Source of the DNA: Histomonas meleagridis 2922-C6/04-290x
Lineage: Eukaryota; Protista; Parabasalia
Reading direction: 5' to 3'
Assembly: GCA_020184695.1 (NCBI GenBank)
Contig: JAANOX010000074.1
Location: 1-64,000 of the forward strand
DNA: 64,000 nucleotides
The position numbers and the translations under genes are program-made. Under the pieces are notes generated by a model. It was not told the DNA's origin and did not search any database. It saw only the letters and a list, made by a program, of their open reading frames with translations. Below, one piece after another: positions 21,497 through 32,187 of the stretch (positions are counted from its first letter, which is position 1; each line of letters starts with the position of its first letter).

Positions 21497-22513
21497 TTAT
21501 AATACAATCAAATGTGTGTCTAAGCCGACACTATCTGTAATAATTTCATCAGACACAGGTGCTTTCATAGCTGATTCCTCGCCTGAAATGAGCCACTCGG
21601 GCATTAGCAGTCGTGTAAAAGCACTGTTTAAAGCTTTTTTGAGCACAACTGCTGTAACGTCATTGCCATTAACAACAGCCACTGCAGCATCGTTCTTTCT
21701 GCCCATATAGTCGAACGAACTAAACACAGTGAGGCAATCATCGTCGATCCATTTAAATCCGTTTTCACAGAACTCATGTGCACGGATTATATGCTTCAAT
21801 TGATTATCTTCCAAAAATTGAGCAATAGCATCTGTATTGAAGAGATAACCAACCCCACGAGTAGATTTCTCAAAAAGTTTATCTGATTCAGCAGGGTCAC
21901 TCCAAAGTAAATCAGATGCAATTGAACATGAGAGATCTGGAATTGGCTTTTCAATTGCTTCAACCTCTGAAAGATCTGAAATGGATGGAGATAATCCACC
22001 GTGAACACAGAAGATCGTGTCATTAACTGTGGCTGCAATTGGCATATGACTGAAACTTTTGCAAAAAAGAGAATAAAGATGATGATCCAGACGCAAAAGG
22101 CATTCTTCTTTGAATCCATATGACCTGGTTATCTGTCTTGATTCGTGGTTCCCTCTAATAATATAAATGTTTTCTGGAAATAAAAGTTTTAGTGAATATA
22201 ATAATAACAAAACCTCAATAGAATTTTGGCCGCGGTCCACATAATCCCCAAGAAAAAGATATGTTTGATAAGGTGGGTAATTGAAACATTGAAATATTTG
22301 AAGAAGACTGTCAATGTTTCCGTGTAAGTCACCAACTACCTTCGGATCGCAATGAAGCCGTAAAAGTGTTGGTTCTTTCTGAAATTGCTTTGTAACTGAT
22401 TTTATCAAACTTTTGAGGTGGGATGGCTTTAAAGAATCCACACAATGACTATCCTTCCGTGTGCGGCTGATAATAATCTGAAATATAATTTCATGAATAT
22501 CACACACGCGCAT
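21497..22513 (-). CDS. PPP-family Ser/Thr protein phosphatase (PP1-like)
   Basis: GDLHG, GDYVDRG, RGNHE, HGGLSP, LLWSDP and RAHE motifs. Confidence 0.92.
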   Translation of the reverse strand: MRVCDIHEIIFQIIISRTRKDSHCVDSLKPSHLKSLIKSVTKQFQKEPTLLRLHCDPKVVGDLHGNIDSLLQIFQCFNYPPYQTYLFLGDYVDRGQNSIEVLLLLYSLKLLFPENIYIIRGNHESRQITRSYGFKEECLLRLDHHLYSLFCKSFSHMPIAATVNDTIFCVHGGLSPSISDLSEVEAIEKPIPDLSCSIASDLLWSDPAESDKLFEKSTRGVGYLFNTDAIAQFLEDNQLKHIIRAHEFCENGFKWIDDDCLTVFSSFDYMGRKNDAAVAVVNGNDVTAVVLKKALNSAFTRLLMPEWLISGEESAMKAPVSDEIITDSVGLDTHLIVL

Positions 22514-23241
22514 CTACGGGCTAAGAAGTAATCGAAACGTTCGAAAAACATCTCAAAATTGACAGAAACAGTGTATTTCCTCAGAAAAAGCTCCGATAGC
22601 GAAAAATTTTCATTCAAAAACCTCAGGAAAAAACGATGACAATCACCGACCAAAAAGGAAGTGGCAATCTTTTTGGAAAAAAAGTTGGAAAAAAGTCATG
22701 ATGGGAATCGAACCTTCGACCTCGATACAAATTTCCCTAATTTTCAACAAATTAGATAAAGTTCTTTCTGTTTTAGTGTTTGCTATGGTTTATCATTGAT
22801 TGCTTTGATCATTTGTTGCTTTTGGGATAAATTCATGAATTCATGATTTTTTTTTTCTCCTTCTTGCATGGTGGCTTACCATAATGTTTGCTTCTCGCTT
22901 CAGGTCATTGAAGTGATTGTAGCACAACACTTGTCGAGAGGGAGCATACACTGCTCTGGCCAGCGATATGAAAAATGTCAGGCAAATTCCACTTTTTGTG
23001 AGCAAATAAACCATTCACATACTCAACAAAGGGACAAAGAAGAAGAACAATCGGTTTTCGAACATCCTTTCGTTTTTTTTCAAAAAATTTAAAAAGCTTT
23101 ATCTCTTTGATTTGTCTTATTATTTAAACATTTGTTAATCCATGCTTGAATATAAAAATAAATGATGATTTTTAGGATAACTGGAAACAACAAACAAGAA
23201 ATTTCACATGACATTTCCGGAAATTAACGTTTAAAAAAAAA

Positions 23242-24738
23242 ATGAAAAAAACTAAAATATTACTCACACCAGCAAATAGAAATATTTCAGAATTAACTAG
23301 ACCAGAACTTGAAAGTCTTATTATTGAATTTCATCAAGAATCAATTCGTCGTTCTAAGATTATTCATGATTTACGTGAAGAAAATAAAAAAACAGGATCT
23401 AAAATGCGTTCTGTTCAATCTTCACTTCAAGATCAAAATCTAGATTATCTTGTACCACCATCTGCACTTCGTTCTGATTATGCCACTCGATACATTCCCA
23501 CCAAAACAGAATTTTCTAGTGATATAGCTACACGTGAGAATGGAGAACCTGCATTAGCACGACCTATTTCAGGATCATATAATCCATATCAAGGGTCAAA
23601 TCGACGAATCACTTCCTTAAGACAAAAAATTGGTGATCTTCAACAAGAAATCATTGACACTGAAACTAATATTCATGATCTTTCCGTTGAGCTTGAAAAA
23701 CTTCGTGCTATACTTGAAAATCGACCATTCCAACCTCCAACATCAACATTTCAACACCAAAGAAAAGTACCCAAAAAGAAGAAAAAGCCACAAATTACAC
23801 TTCAGTATTGTATTAAGTATTGCCGTGGACTTCTTAAGCAAGAAAAAGATCCAATTGCTCATGACATTTTATTATGTGCATATTTTCTCTTAACAAAACA
23901 AGATCTTAAAGCACTTGAACTATTTGATCGATTATATCAAATAGAATTTGGGGAATATGATCCAAATGAAATTGATGATTTACTTAATGATCGTAATGCA
24001 CAAGTTTCAATTTTACTTGAACAATATAAATCACTTAAATCACGACATGATCCATTACGTGATGCATTTATTGATTTGAAATCACGATTACCAAAACATA
24101 TTTATGATAACAGTGATATTTCTAATCAACTTCAAAAGGATATAAATAAACTCAAAAAAGAAATTGGTGAAATACCAAAAATCGAACAAGAGATTAAAGA
24201 TTTAAAGGATAAAAAAGCGAAACTTAATGAAGAAAAAGATAAAATTATGAAAGATGGAAGTAATAATCTTTCGAACATTGAAGATGAATATCGAAAGAAA
24301 ATTAATGGAATAAGTGAAGACAAAGCAGAAGTTGAACAAGAAAAACGTCAATTAGAAGAAGTCGATAAAAGAATTCGTGAAAGATATAATACAATTGCTG
24401 AAGAACTCGAAAGAATTAAAAATGAAGAAATTCCTTTGAGAAAAATTTTGGATGATCGAGATTCAAAGAAAAAAGAAATGCATAGGAAATTGGTCATGCT
24501 GGAAAATGCTGGAGTCAAAACACCTCAACAAGTTAGAGAGATATATGCAATTTGTGATAAGAAATCACCTGATCAAATGTCTGATGAAAGATATAAACTA
24601 GTTGAAGAATATAACAAAAATGGAAGAAAATTGAAAAACTTAAAAAAGAATTGCTTAAGGCTAAAGAACATGTATGTCGATAAGCAAAAATTATTAAGAT
24701 ATTATCAAGATATCATCGAAAATGAAAATAATTCTTAA
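23242..24738 (+). CDS. Coiled-coil protein, unknown function
   Basis: 498-aa ORF, E/K/L-rich heptad character. Confidence 0.75.
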   Translation: MKKTKILLTPANRNISELTRPELESLIIEFHQESIRRSKIIHDLREENKKTGSKMRSVQSSLQDQNLDYLVPPSALRSDYATRYIPTKTEFSSDIATRENGEPALARPISGSYNPYQGSNRRITSLRQKIGDLQQEIIDTETNIHDLSVELEKLRAILENRPFQPPTSTFQHQRKVPKKKKKPQITLQYCIKYCRGLLKQEKDPIAHDILLCAYFLLTKQDLKALELFDRLYQIEFGEYDPNEIDDLLNDRNAQVSILLEQYKSLKSRHDPLRDAFIDLKSRLPKHIYDNSDISNQLQKDINKLKKEIGEIPKIEQEIKDLKDKKAKLNEEKDKIMKDGSNNLSNIEDEYRKKINGISEDKAEVEQEKRQLEEVDKRIRERYNTIAEELERIKNEEIPLRKILDDRDSKKKEMHRKLVMLENAGVKTPQQVREIYAICDKKSPDQMSDERYKLVEEYNKNGRKLKNLKKNCLRLKNMYVDKQKLLRYYQDIIENENNS

Positions 24739-24880
24739 CCGTTATCATAATTCAAAAATTGAAGAGAAAATAATCGTTTATTATTCAATTGAATCACTTC
24801 ACATCGGCAATTTGAACCTTGCTATGTGAAGTGATTTCGGGGTGGCCCTTAAAATTTGACAGTTTTTTCGCTGTGGTCGT

Positions 24881-24886
24881 TCACTT
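24881..24886 (+). promoter_or_regulatory. Inr-like element TCACTT
   Basis: TCACTT ending 6 nt upstream of the ATG at 24893; matches the trichomonad initiator consensus TCAYTW. Confidence 0.45.
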
Positions 24887-24892
24887 GAAATC

Positions 24893-27349
24893 ATGGATTT
24901 GCAAAAATTTATTGACCAACTAAACGATGTAACAACAAAAATCATTGAAAACAAAGAAACCCCACCAACTCCTTTAGACAATGATAGTTTATGGTCACAA
25001 TTGATTGGAATTTCAGAAATTGATTTTCAATCTTTGGATTTCATCTTTACAATGCTTAAGGTTTATTCAGAATTTGATAAGAAGTTCACAGCAGAAGTTC
25101 CTCCATCTCTTCAAAAGAAACTTGATACTTTCAAAGATCTTGAGACAGAAGAAGACAAAGTAAATTATGCAAATAGTCTCTTTAGAATCATCAGTTTTAT
25201 GAAGCCAACTGCTGCACAATTAGTTATGGATCATGCAGCTTCATTTGCAAAAGAATATATGATGACTAATGTTGAAACTGCACTAAAACTTATTCAACCA
25301 TTCGGTCAAGTTATGGGTGACGGCTTTACAGATGAAAACCTTGATGAATTTCTCATCTTTTTAAGAGAAAAACTTGATGAAGAAGATGCACCAGCATATC
25401 TCTTTGCTATGGCACCAATGGCTTTTGAACTTATGGAGTTCCGTGAAGATGCTGCAGCAGCTTTTTGCGACATTATGTTGAAGTTTTTAGAAGGTAATGA
25501 TAGTCAAGTTCTTGCAGCACTTACTTTCATCATATTTTCATCCGAACGATTTATGAATGATCCAGAATTCATGGAAACAAACGGAAAAACTGTGTTTGAC
25601 AAACTCAAATCTCTTTTTGTATCTTCAAATGAGATCATCAGTAAGTTTGCTAACAAAGCAATTCGTCAACTTATCATTTGCCATTCATTTTATTCACCAG
25701 AATATGTTGATGAAGTTATTTCTATGTATCCACAATTAAAAGATGGTCAACGTCGTGGCTTCTTAAAGATTATTTCCACCTTTATTACCCCTGAAGAAGA
25801 TAGTGGTTGTGCTTGCGGTGAAGAAGAATGTCAATGTGAAGATAACTTATCTATCATTCAACCAATTGTTACATTTACCACCGAAAAACTTAAAGAGGAT
25901 GATTTATATACCAAAGGAATTTGTCTTGATATCTTTGGTTCCCTCTGTTCACGTAATCGTTTATATGTTGAAGATGATATTGCACTTGCACTTCAAGAAG
26001 CCGAGAAACTTGCTGGAAGTGAACAATATGACACATATGAATTCGTTGGATTCTTCTGTGAACAGATCATTTGCCAATTCCAAGATGAGTCAACTGACAT
26101 AATCAAGAAGATTATTCCACTTTTGTTTGCCCAAATTGACAATGAAAAAGTTGGAAATCTCAAGCACAGAATATATCTTTCATCATCAATCGCCGAAGTT
26201 ATTGGCCAAGCAAACATTTGTCTTGATCTTATACCAAATCTTCAAGACTTTATTCTCAAGGTCACAGAAACTAAAGATGAAAAACTTATTGCATTACTTT
26301 GCTCAGTTTGTCATCCAGTTTATAAGAAATTCACAAATGAATTCACTGTCAAACTTTTCAACATCATCAAGCCAATAATTATCGAAACAAAGAACGACGA
26401 ATATTTAGATGAATTTATACATCTTGCACGTGGAATTATTAAGAATTTCAGTACCATTAATGAAGCAGAAGCATTAAACTTAGCAGAAGCATTGATGAAA
26501 TCAGAACTTAAGATATTAAGAGGTAAGAAAGTATATCAAAACTTACCACCTTGTGCACCTGCATATGAATATTTGTCACAATTCATCAAAACTTACCCAT
26601 CAAAGTCCTCTGAATTTTGTAAGGAGATGATTGAATGGATAACCGAAACACCATTTGATATAATTCCACAACTTTTGGTACCATTAACCGCCGGTGTAAA
26701 ATCGGGGTGCCTCAAAGCCGATGACGCTTCAAAACTCGCGTCAACCTTGAAATTATATATGAGCAGATTAGACGATGACGACTTTAATGCGGTCCCATCA
26801 ATTGCCGGAATTCTTTTAGCATTATTTAATGCATTCCCAGAATCATTAAATCCTGTTAATGAGTATTTCCAACATTTCACACATTTTGTTGAAGCAGCAA
26901 CTAATAGTATGGAAGAAGAAGACTTTGATGATGATATTGCACAAATGATTGAAGCGATGCCATCAATTACAAACTTTGTCTTTAATGTATATGCAAATAA
27001 TGATGAAGTTGAAGTTGATGATAAATTACTTCAACATCTTATCGATTTCTTACCATTCCCACCAGAAGTTGAAGAAATGAATGACATAATGTTTGATCTT
27101 TCACAAATGCTTAATGATCCAGAAAGATTTGAAGACATATTATTACCAGCGCTTCGAATGATCACAGAACTTTTATTACTTAAGAAGAGTGAACTTGAAG
27201 AATTTGAATTTGAAGAAGAAACACTTGATGAACTTAAGTCATGTTTAAAGAATTGTGTTAAAGGTAATAAGAAATTACAAATGCAAATCTCAAAAGAATT
27301 TGCGAAATCAAGAGCTAAATTAAATAGATTTAATGCATTAATTAGATAA
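24893..27349 (+). CDS. HEAT/ARM-repeat (importin-beta-like) acidic protein
   Basis: 818-aa acidic helical-repeat ORF; no specific ortholog recognised. Confidence 0.7.
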   Translation: MDLQKFIDQLNDVTTKIIENKETPPTPLDNDSLWSQLIGISEIDFQSLDFIFTMLKVYSEFDKKFTAEVPPSLQKKLDTFKDLETEEDKVNYANSLFRIISFMKPTAAQLVMDHAASFAKEYMMTNVETALKLIQPFGQVMGDGFTDENLDEFLIFLREKLDEEDAPAYLFAMAPMAFELMEFREDAAAAFCDIMLKFLEGNDSQVLAALTFIIFSSERFMNDPEFMETNGKTVFDKLKSLFVSSNEIISKFANKAIRQLIICHSFYSPEYVDEVISMYPQLKDGQRRGFLKIISTFITPEEDSGCACGEEECQCEDNLSIIQPIVTFTTEKLKEDDLYTKGICLDIFGSLCSRNRLYVEDDIALALQEAEKLAGSEQYDTYEFVGFFCEQIICQFQDESTDIIKKIIPLLFAQIDNEKVGNLKHRIYLSSSIAEVIGQANICLDLIPNLQDFILKVTETKDEKLIALLCSVCHPVYKKFTNEFTVKLFNIIKPIIIETKNDEYLDEFIHLARGIIKNFSTINEAEALNLAEALMKSELKILRGKKVYQNLPPCAPAYEYLSQFIKTYPSKSSEFCKEMIEWITETPFDIIPQLLVPLTAGVKSGCLKADDASKLASTLKLYMSRLDDDDFNAVPSIAGILLALFNAFPESLNPVNEYFQHFTHFVEAATNSMEEEDFDDDIAQMIEAMPSITNFVFNVYANNDEVEVDDKLLQHLIDFLPFPPEVEEMNDIMFDLSQMLNDPERFEDILLPALRMITELLLLKKSELEEFEFEEETLDELKSCLKNCVKGNKKLQMQISKEFAKSRAKLNRFNALIR

Positions 27350-27363
27350 ATAAAAAATGAACT

Positions 27364-29985
27364 TTAATTTATATCATTGTCACTTGTGTCACTGCTTCCG
27401 ATGCTTCCTTCGAATTTGATTTCGTCCGCTTCATCTGATGAATGTGAACTCACTTCCTTCGTATCGTCGATATCGTCGCCATCGTTTTGAGTGTCGCCGC
27501 TGATCTGAAGATGGAGCACAGGACTCCGGTAGTCGAACTTCTGCTCTTCTTCTTCGTCGTCGTCTAAAGTGGAGTCATTGGACTTGGCGTCGGTCCCGTT
27601 TTTGGAATCGCTTTCGTTTGTAATGCTTTGTAACATCTCTTCGAGTTCGTCCGCGTTGAAGATTTCGTTCTTGTCGTCAGTGTCAATGTGAATGTCATCT
27701 AACGCTTCTTGGAGCTTGGCGGTGGACGAAGAGGACGAGCGCGAGTGAGCTGGCGCAGGTGGATTCGCTTCTTTGTCCGATGATGCGTTTTCTGTTTCGT
27801 TGTTCTCTTTGCCTTCTTCTGTTTCCTTCTTTTCGCTGTCTGACGATTTATTGTTTTCATTGCCTTCTTCTGTTTCCTTCTTTTCGCTGTCTGACGAAGA
27901 ACTCTTTTCTTTATTACGTTCTTCACTTATAATTTCGGTCTTTTCCTCAGTTTCTTTCGCGTGTTCGCTTGCTGACGAACTCTTTTCCATAGTTTCTTCT
28001 TCGTTATTTTTGTCAATAGTTTCTATCTTTTCTTTGTCTGACGAAACACTTTTTTCTTCATTTTCTTTAGCAGGTTCTGTTGCTATCACTTCTTCCATCG
28101 CTTCTTTCTTTTCTTTGTCTGATGATGAACTCTTTTCCTCAAAATGTTCTTCTTCGCCTTTAATTTCTTTCTTTTCATTGTCTGACGATGAAATACTCTT
28201 TTCTCTGTTTTCAATTGTTTTTTCTGTTTCTTTCGTTTCGTTTTCTGATGAAGAACTTTTCTCTTTAGCATGTTCTTCACTTATAATTTCTATCTTTTCG
28301 TTGTCTGATGAAGAACTTTTCACTTTAGCATGTTCTTCACTTATAATTTCGATCTTTTCGTTGTCTGAAGAAGAACTTTTCACTTTAGCATGTTCTTCAC
28401 TTATAATTTCGATCTTTTCGTTGTCTGATGAAGAGCTCTTTTCCTTTACTTCTTCTGTTTTCTCTGTTTCCTTCTTTTCGCTATCTGACGATTTATTATT
28501 TTCTTTAACATGTTCTTCTTCGCCTTTAATTTCTATCTTTTCGTTATCTGACGAAGAACTCTTTTCTTTATTATGTTCTTCACTTATAATTTCGGTCTTT
28601 TTCTCAGTTTCTTCTTTCGCGTGTTCGCTTGCTGACGAACCCTTTTCCTTACTTTCTTCTTCGCTATTTTTGTCAGCAGTTTCTATTTTTTCGCTGTCTG
28701 GTGGAGAGCTCTTCTCTTTAACTTCTTCATCTTTAATTTTGTTCTTTTCGTTGTCTGACAAAATGTTCTTTTCTTCGATATTTTCTTTGTCATTTTCGCT
28801 TCTTTCTTTGTCTGATGAAGAGCTCTTTTCTTTAACAGTTTCCTTCTTCTCGCTCTCTGATGATGAATTCTTTTCAATAACAGTTTCCTTCTTCTCGCTC
28901 TCTGATGATGAATTCTTTTCTTTAACAGTTTCTTTCTTCTCGCTCTCTGATGATGAATTCTTTTCTTTAACAGTTTCCTTCTTTTCACTATCAGATGAAA
29001 TACTTTTTTCTTTAACATCTTCTTTATCTGATGAAATACTTTTTTCACTTATTTTAATATCTTTCTTTTCGCCATCAGATGAAATACTCTTTTCATTGTT
29101 TACAGTTTCTTTCATTTGTTCATTATCTGATGATGAACTCTTTTGTTTAACATTTTCTTTTGTTTCTTCTTCTAATAATAATTTGTTATCTTCAATTTTC
29201 TCCAATTCTTCAACAAGTTCTTTCTTCTGTTCGCTATCTGATGATGAAAAGCTTTTCTCCAATTCATTGATCATTTCTTTCTTATCTGTCGATGATGATG
29301 ACGAAGAACTTTCGCTGTTTTTGTTGAGGATCAATGGTTCTTCAACATCTGATCGAACAGATATGTCACCGCTTGAAAGAATTTTTGCTTGAGAGTCAAG
29401 CGAGCTGCTGTTTTCTTTTTTGTTTTTAAGTTGTTCTATTTTTTTGTTGTTTTTCTCGATTTGTTTCATTAATGAATTATACTCAAAAGGAGTTATATCA
29501 ATCTTTAAGATGAAATTATCGCCTGGCTTCCATATCTCTTTTGCTTTGAAGTTGGTTATTATGAAATCATTTAAAATATGTGGAAGAAATATATCTTTGG
29601 TATCTTTGGCTGAATTTTTGAGTTGCTGTGTAACGATTTTATCATTGATAACATGAAGAGATGTACCAAAAGCAATAACTGCCATTATTCTAAAATGTTT
29701 ATATTTTGAAATTGGTGTTGATAACATTGATAGTGTTTGAAGTTTTGGCAACTCCTTTGCACCACGAAACGAATTAATACCAGTTCCATCAAGTTTTAAA
29801 ACTCTAAGATGAGGAAGAAATGATAAACCTTCGAAATTGACAATATTTTCATTATTTGATAAATCAAGAGAAACAATGTTAGAATTAGCTTCAAACATTG
29901 GGAAATGTTTTAGCCCTTTATTTGCAAGCATTCTATAAAAAGATTGATGAGTTGGAAGTTTCTGTTTTTTCGTTGTTTTCTTCAT
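27364..29985 (-). CDS. N-terminal LRR protein with long Ser/Glu/Lys-rich repeat tail
   Basis: LDLSNNENIVNFEGL, LRVLKLDGTGI and LQTLSMLSTPI LRRs, then many KSSSSDNEK-type repeats. Confidence 0.8.
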   Translation of the reverse strand: MKKTTKKQKLPTHQSFYRMLANKGLKHFPMFEANSNIVSLDLSNNENIVNFEGLSFLPHLRVLKLDGTGINSFRGAKELPKLQTLSMLSTPISKYKHFRIMAVIAFGTSLHVINDKIVTQQLKNSAKDTKDIFLPHILNDFIITNFKAKEIWKPGDNFILKIDITPFEYNSLMKQIEKNNKKIEQLKNKKENSSSLDSQAKILSSGDISVRSDVEEPLILNKNSESSSSSSSTDKKEMINELEKSFSSSDSEQKKELVEELEKIEDNKLLLEEETKENVKQKSSSSDNEQMKETVNNEKSISSDGEKKDIKISEKSISSDKEDVKEKSISSDSEKKETVKEKNSSSESEKKETVKEKNSSSESEKKETVIEKNSSSESEKKETVKEKSSSSDKERSENDKENIEEKNILSDNEKNKIKDEEVKEKSSPPDSEKIETADKNSEEESKEKGSSASEHAKEETEKKTEIISEEHNKEKSSSSDNEKIEIKGEEEHVKENNKSSDSEKKETEKTEEVKEKSSSSDNEKIEIISEEHAKVKSSSSDNEKIEIISEEHAKVKSSSSDNEKIEIISEEHAKEKSSSSENETKETEKTIENREKSISSSDNEKKEIKGEEEHFEEKSSSSDKEKKEAMEEVIATEPAKENEEKSVSSDKEKIETIDKNNEEETMEKSSSASEHAKETEEKTEIISEERNKEKSSSSDSEKKETEEGNENNKSSDSEKKETEEGKENNETENASSDKEANPPAPAHSRSSSSSTAKLQEALDDIHIDTDDKNEIFNADELEEMLQSITNESDSKNGTDAKSNDSTLDDDEEEEQKFDYRSPVLHLQISGDTQNDGDDIDDTKEVSSHSSDEADEIKFEGSIGSSDTSDNDIN
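27780..29110 (-). repeat. Coding tandem repeats (EKSSSSDxEKKE; near-perfect 60-nt units at ~28260-28440)
   Basis: EEHAKVKSSSSDNEKIEIIS repeated; KEKNSSSESEKKETV repeated. Confidence 0.85.
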
Positions 29986-30138
29986 TAATTAAATAAACGG
30001 ATGACAGTATAATTAACGGTCTCTGCGCTGAAAAAGTGGTATTTTGTATACTTTATATTTCTTCAAAAGGACTTAAAAAAACAAAAAAAAATATTTTTAT
30101 TGATGATTTACTTATTAAAACAAATTCTATTCGTTATT

Positions 30139-31566
30139 TTAATTAAAATTTATCATGTTAATGAATTCAGAAATGAGTGCTTGATCATTTTCATTCATTC
30201 TTTCCAAGAATGCAATGTCTTCAAGGATACCTGATTCTTTTAATGCGAAGTTTGTTTTATAATTTCCTAATGGTGCCAACTTAGCAATAATTGTTCCTAA
30301 GTCGCCAATGATCAAATTTATTATTCTTCCATCATCACTAGAGACTAAAAACTCAATCAAATTATTAATTATTTGTGGATAAGTATCAATTACATTTGCT
30401 AAAACTTGTGGCTCTGAATAAACGCAAATAACGCCGAAAAGTATAATCGCCGAATGTTTCATTCCATAAGTTCCATTATCGAAACATCTTAAAATTAAAG
30501 TTATTATCATAGGATTAAGAAATTTTATAAAAATTTCTTCATTTTTACTACTAATAGCTAGTGTTGACAAAAACCTTAACGCAGTTTCTGTTGTTTTCTT
30601 GCTCTTCGATTCCATCGCTATTTGGAAGAAAACGGTTATGTCAACTTCACTGGGGAATATGTCGCTGTAAGCAGCCTCAGCGTAAATATCAATAAGATCA
30701 TTCAACGAAGAGCTGTTGAGCTCAGTTGAATAAAATGAGTGAATACTGTTTAAGAGACCAACCTCTGATAATAGAAAAATTGCTGATTCATATCTTCGAA
30801 CAGCTGATAATATTATCCGAAAAAGTTCCTCTATGCAAGAGGCTGTGTTGTTTGGTGAAACAAAACAATTTTTGATGGATTCAAAAAAAAGTTTGATATC
30901 TGTATCTGGGAGTGCGGTTGAATAATACAAAAGAATGGAAAGAACCTTAGCACGTAATTGTGGTAGGGTTGGTGTTGAAGCATATAAATTTGATAATAAA
31001 GGAGGAGGAAAGATTTTATAGATAGTAAGTAGTAATTCATCATTTTTACATAAAATATTTAAGGTGGTAAAACGTGTTGCATCATAAGTGTCATTCCCTG
31101 TAAGTTCGGTAAGAGTTTTGAAAAGGTTATCAATAAAGTTCTGATTGACTATTAAATTAAAATAATAATCTGATTTATTTAATAATAAATTAATAGTCCC
31201 TAATGAAACATTATAGATTGGAGAATTGGTAGATAAAGTTAAAGCTGATGATAATAACGGAAGAATTAAATCCAAAAATGGATATGAAATTTCTTTTTTG
31301 AACTCAACCTGAGAAAGTAGCATATGTAGATTAGTTAAAGTTGATAGTGCATCTTCAAATGAAGAATTATTCCATGAAATTAACAATGAATTATAATATT
31401 GTTGAATTCTATCTGAATAATCTATAACGTTCGGACGATTTGTTGGAGCGAGCCCGGACAAAGATATTTTGCTTTCAGGTTTAATGCTTTCATTTAAGAT
31501 TTTAATGTCTTTCTCCATAACCTTGATTTTAAACGGTTGCTTATAAAAACTGACATTTTTTACCAT
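30139..31566 (-). CDS. ARM-repeat protein
   Basis: 475-aa helical-repeat ORF; the C-terminal part resembles degenerate importin-alpha-like ARM proteins. Confidence 0.65.
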   Translation of the reverse strand: MVKNVSFYKQPFKIKVMEKDIKILNESIKPESKISLSGLAPTNRPNVIDYSDRIQQYYNSLLISWNNSSFEDALSTLTNLHMLLSQVEFKKEISYPFLDLILPLLSSALTLSTNSPIYNVSLGTINLLLNKSDYYFNLIVNQNFIDNLFKTLTELTGNDTYDATRFTTLNILCKNDELLLTIYKIFPPPLLSNLYASTPTLPQLRAKVLSILLYYSTALPDTDIKLFFESIKNCFVSPNNTASCIEELFRIILSAVRRYESAIFLLSEVGLLNSIHSFYSTELNSSSLNDLIDIYAEAAYSDIFPSEVDITVFFQIAMESKSKKTTETALRFLSTLAISSKNEEIFIKFLNPMIITLILRCFDNGTYGMKHSAIILFGVICVYSEPQVLANVIDTYPQIINNLIEFLVSSDDGRIINLIIGDLGTIIAKLAPLGNYKTNFALKESGILEDIAFLERMNENDQALISEFINMINFN

Positions 31567-32187
31567 TAAATATGTTGCAAAAAAAAATTCAAGCGCTAGT
31601 TACATATGAAATATGTATCATTTTTTTTCTTAGTTAAGTGGAATTCGTATAAGGGCTCAAAACACCTGAGTTATGTTGGTGATGTTTCTGATTATTACTG
31701 CTTTTGCACATGAATTAAAAATTTAAAGTAAATTGTTTTAAAGAATCTTTTTTCTGATTAAAATGGAAAAAAAAAAAATAAAAAAGATGTTATTTGGTTT
31801 CACCTGTTCTTTTTTGGGAGATTTTTTGTTTCTAACGTAGTTGGAAATGACATTAATAATATCCCTAATAATCAGAATTGATTTTGGAATATTGCTTTGA
31901 GATACTTTGAAATAAAAATGTTGGGTAATAAATGTTAATATAATCTTCCATTCTGTTCTATCCTATCATACACTTACAAACAGTAAGAAAAACAATTCTT
32001 TTTTACCCAAGTTTTGAAGTTTTTTAAGTGATAGTGATTTAAGTTTAGTCTAAATAATTACAGTTCCAAAATTAAAAGTTATTTATCTCTCCATTAAAAG
32101 TGTAATAATAAAACAAAATACACATCTTTAACAAAGCACAAGCTTATTCAAACTACAAAATTTAGTTTATTAATAATTTTACCAAGA

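Noticed and set aside
22868-23092. 74-aa ORF and GC-richer patch
   Set aside because: No recognisable motif on either strand. It may be a decayed fragment, but I cannot support a call.
27773-29392. 539-aa plus-strand ORF
   Set aside because: Antisense shadow of the S/E/K repeat region of the minus-strand LRR gene.
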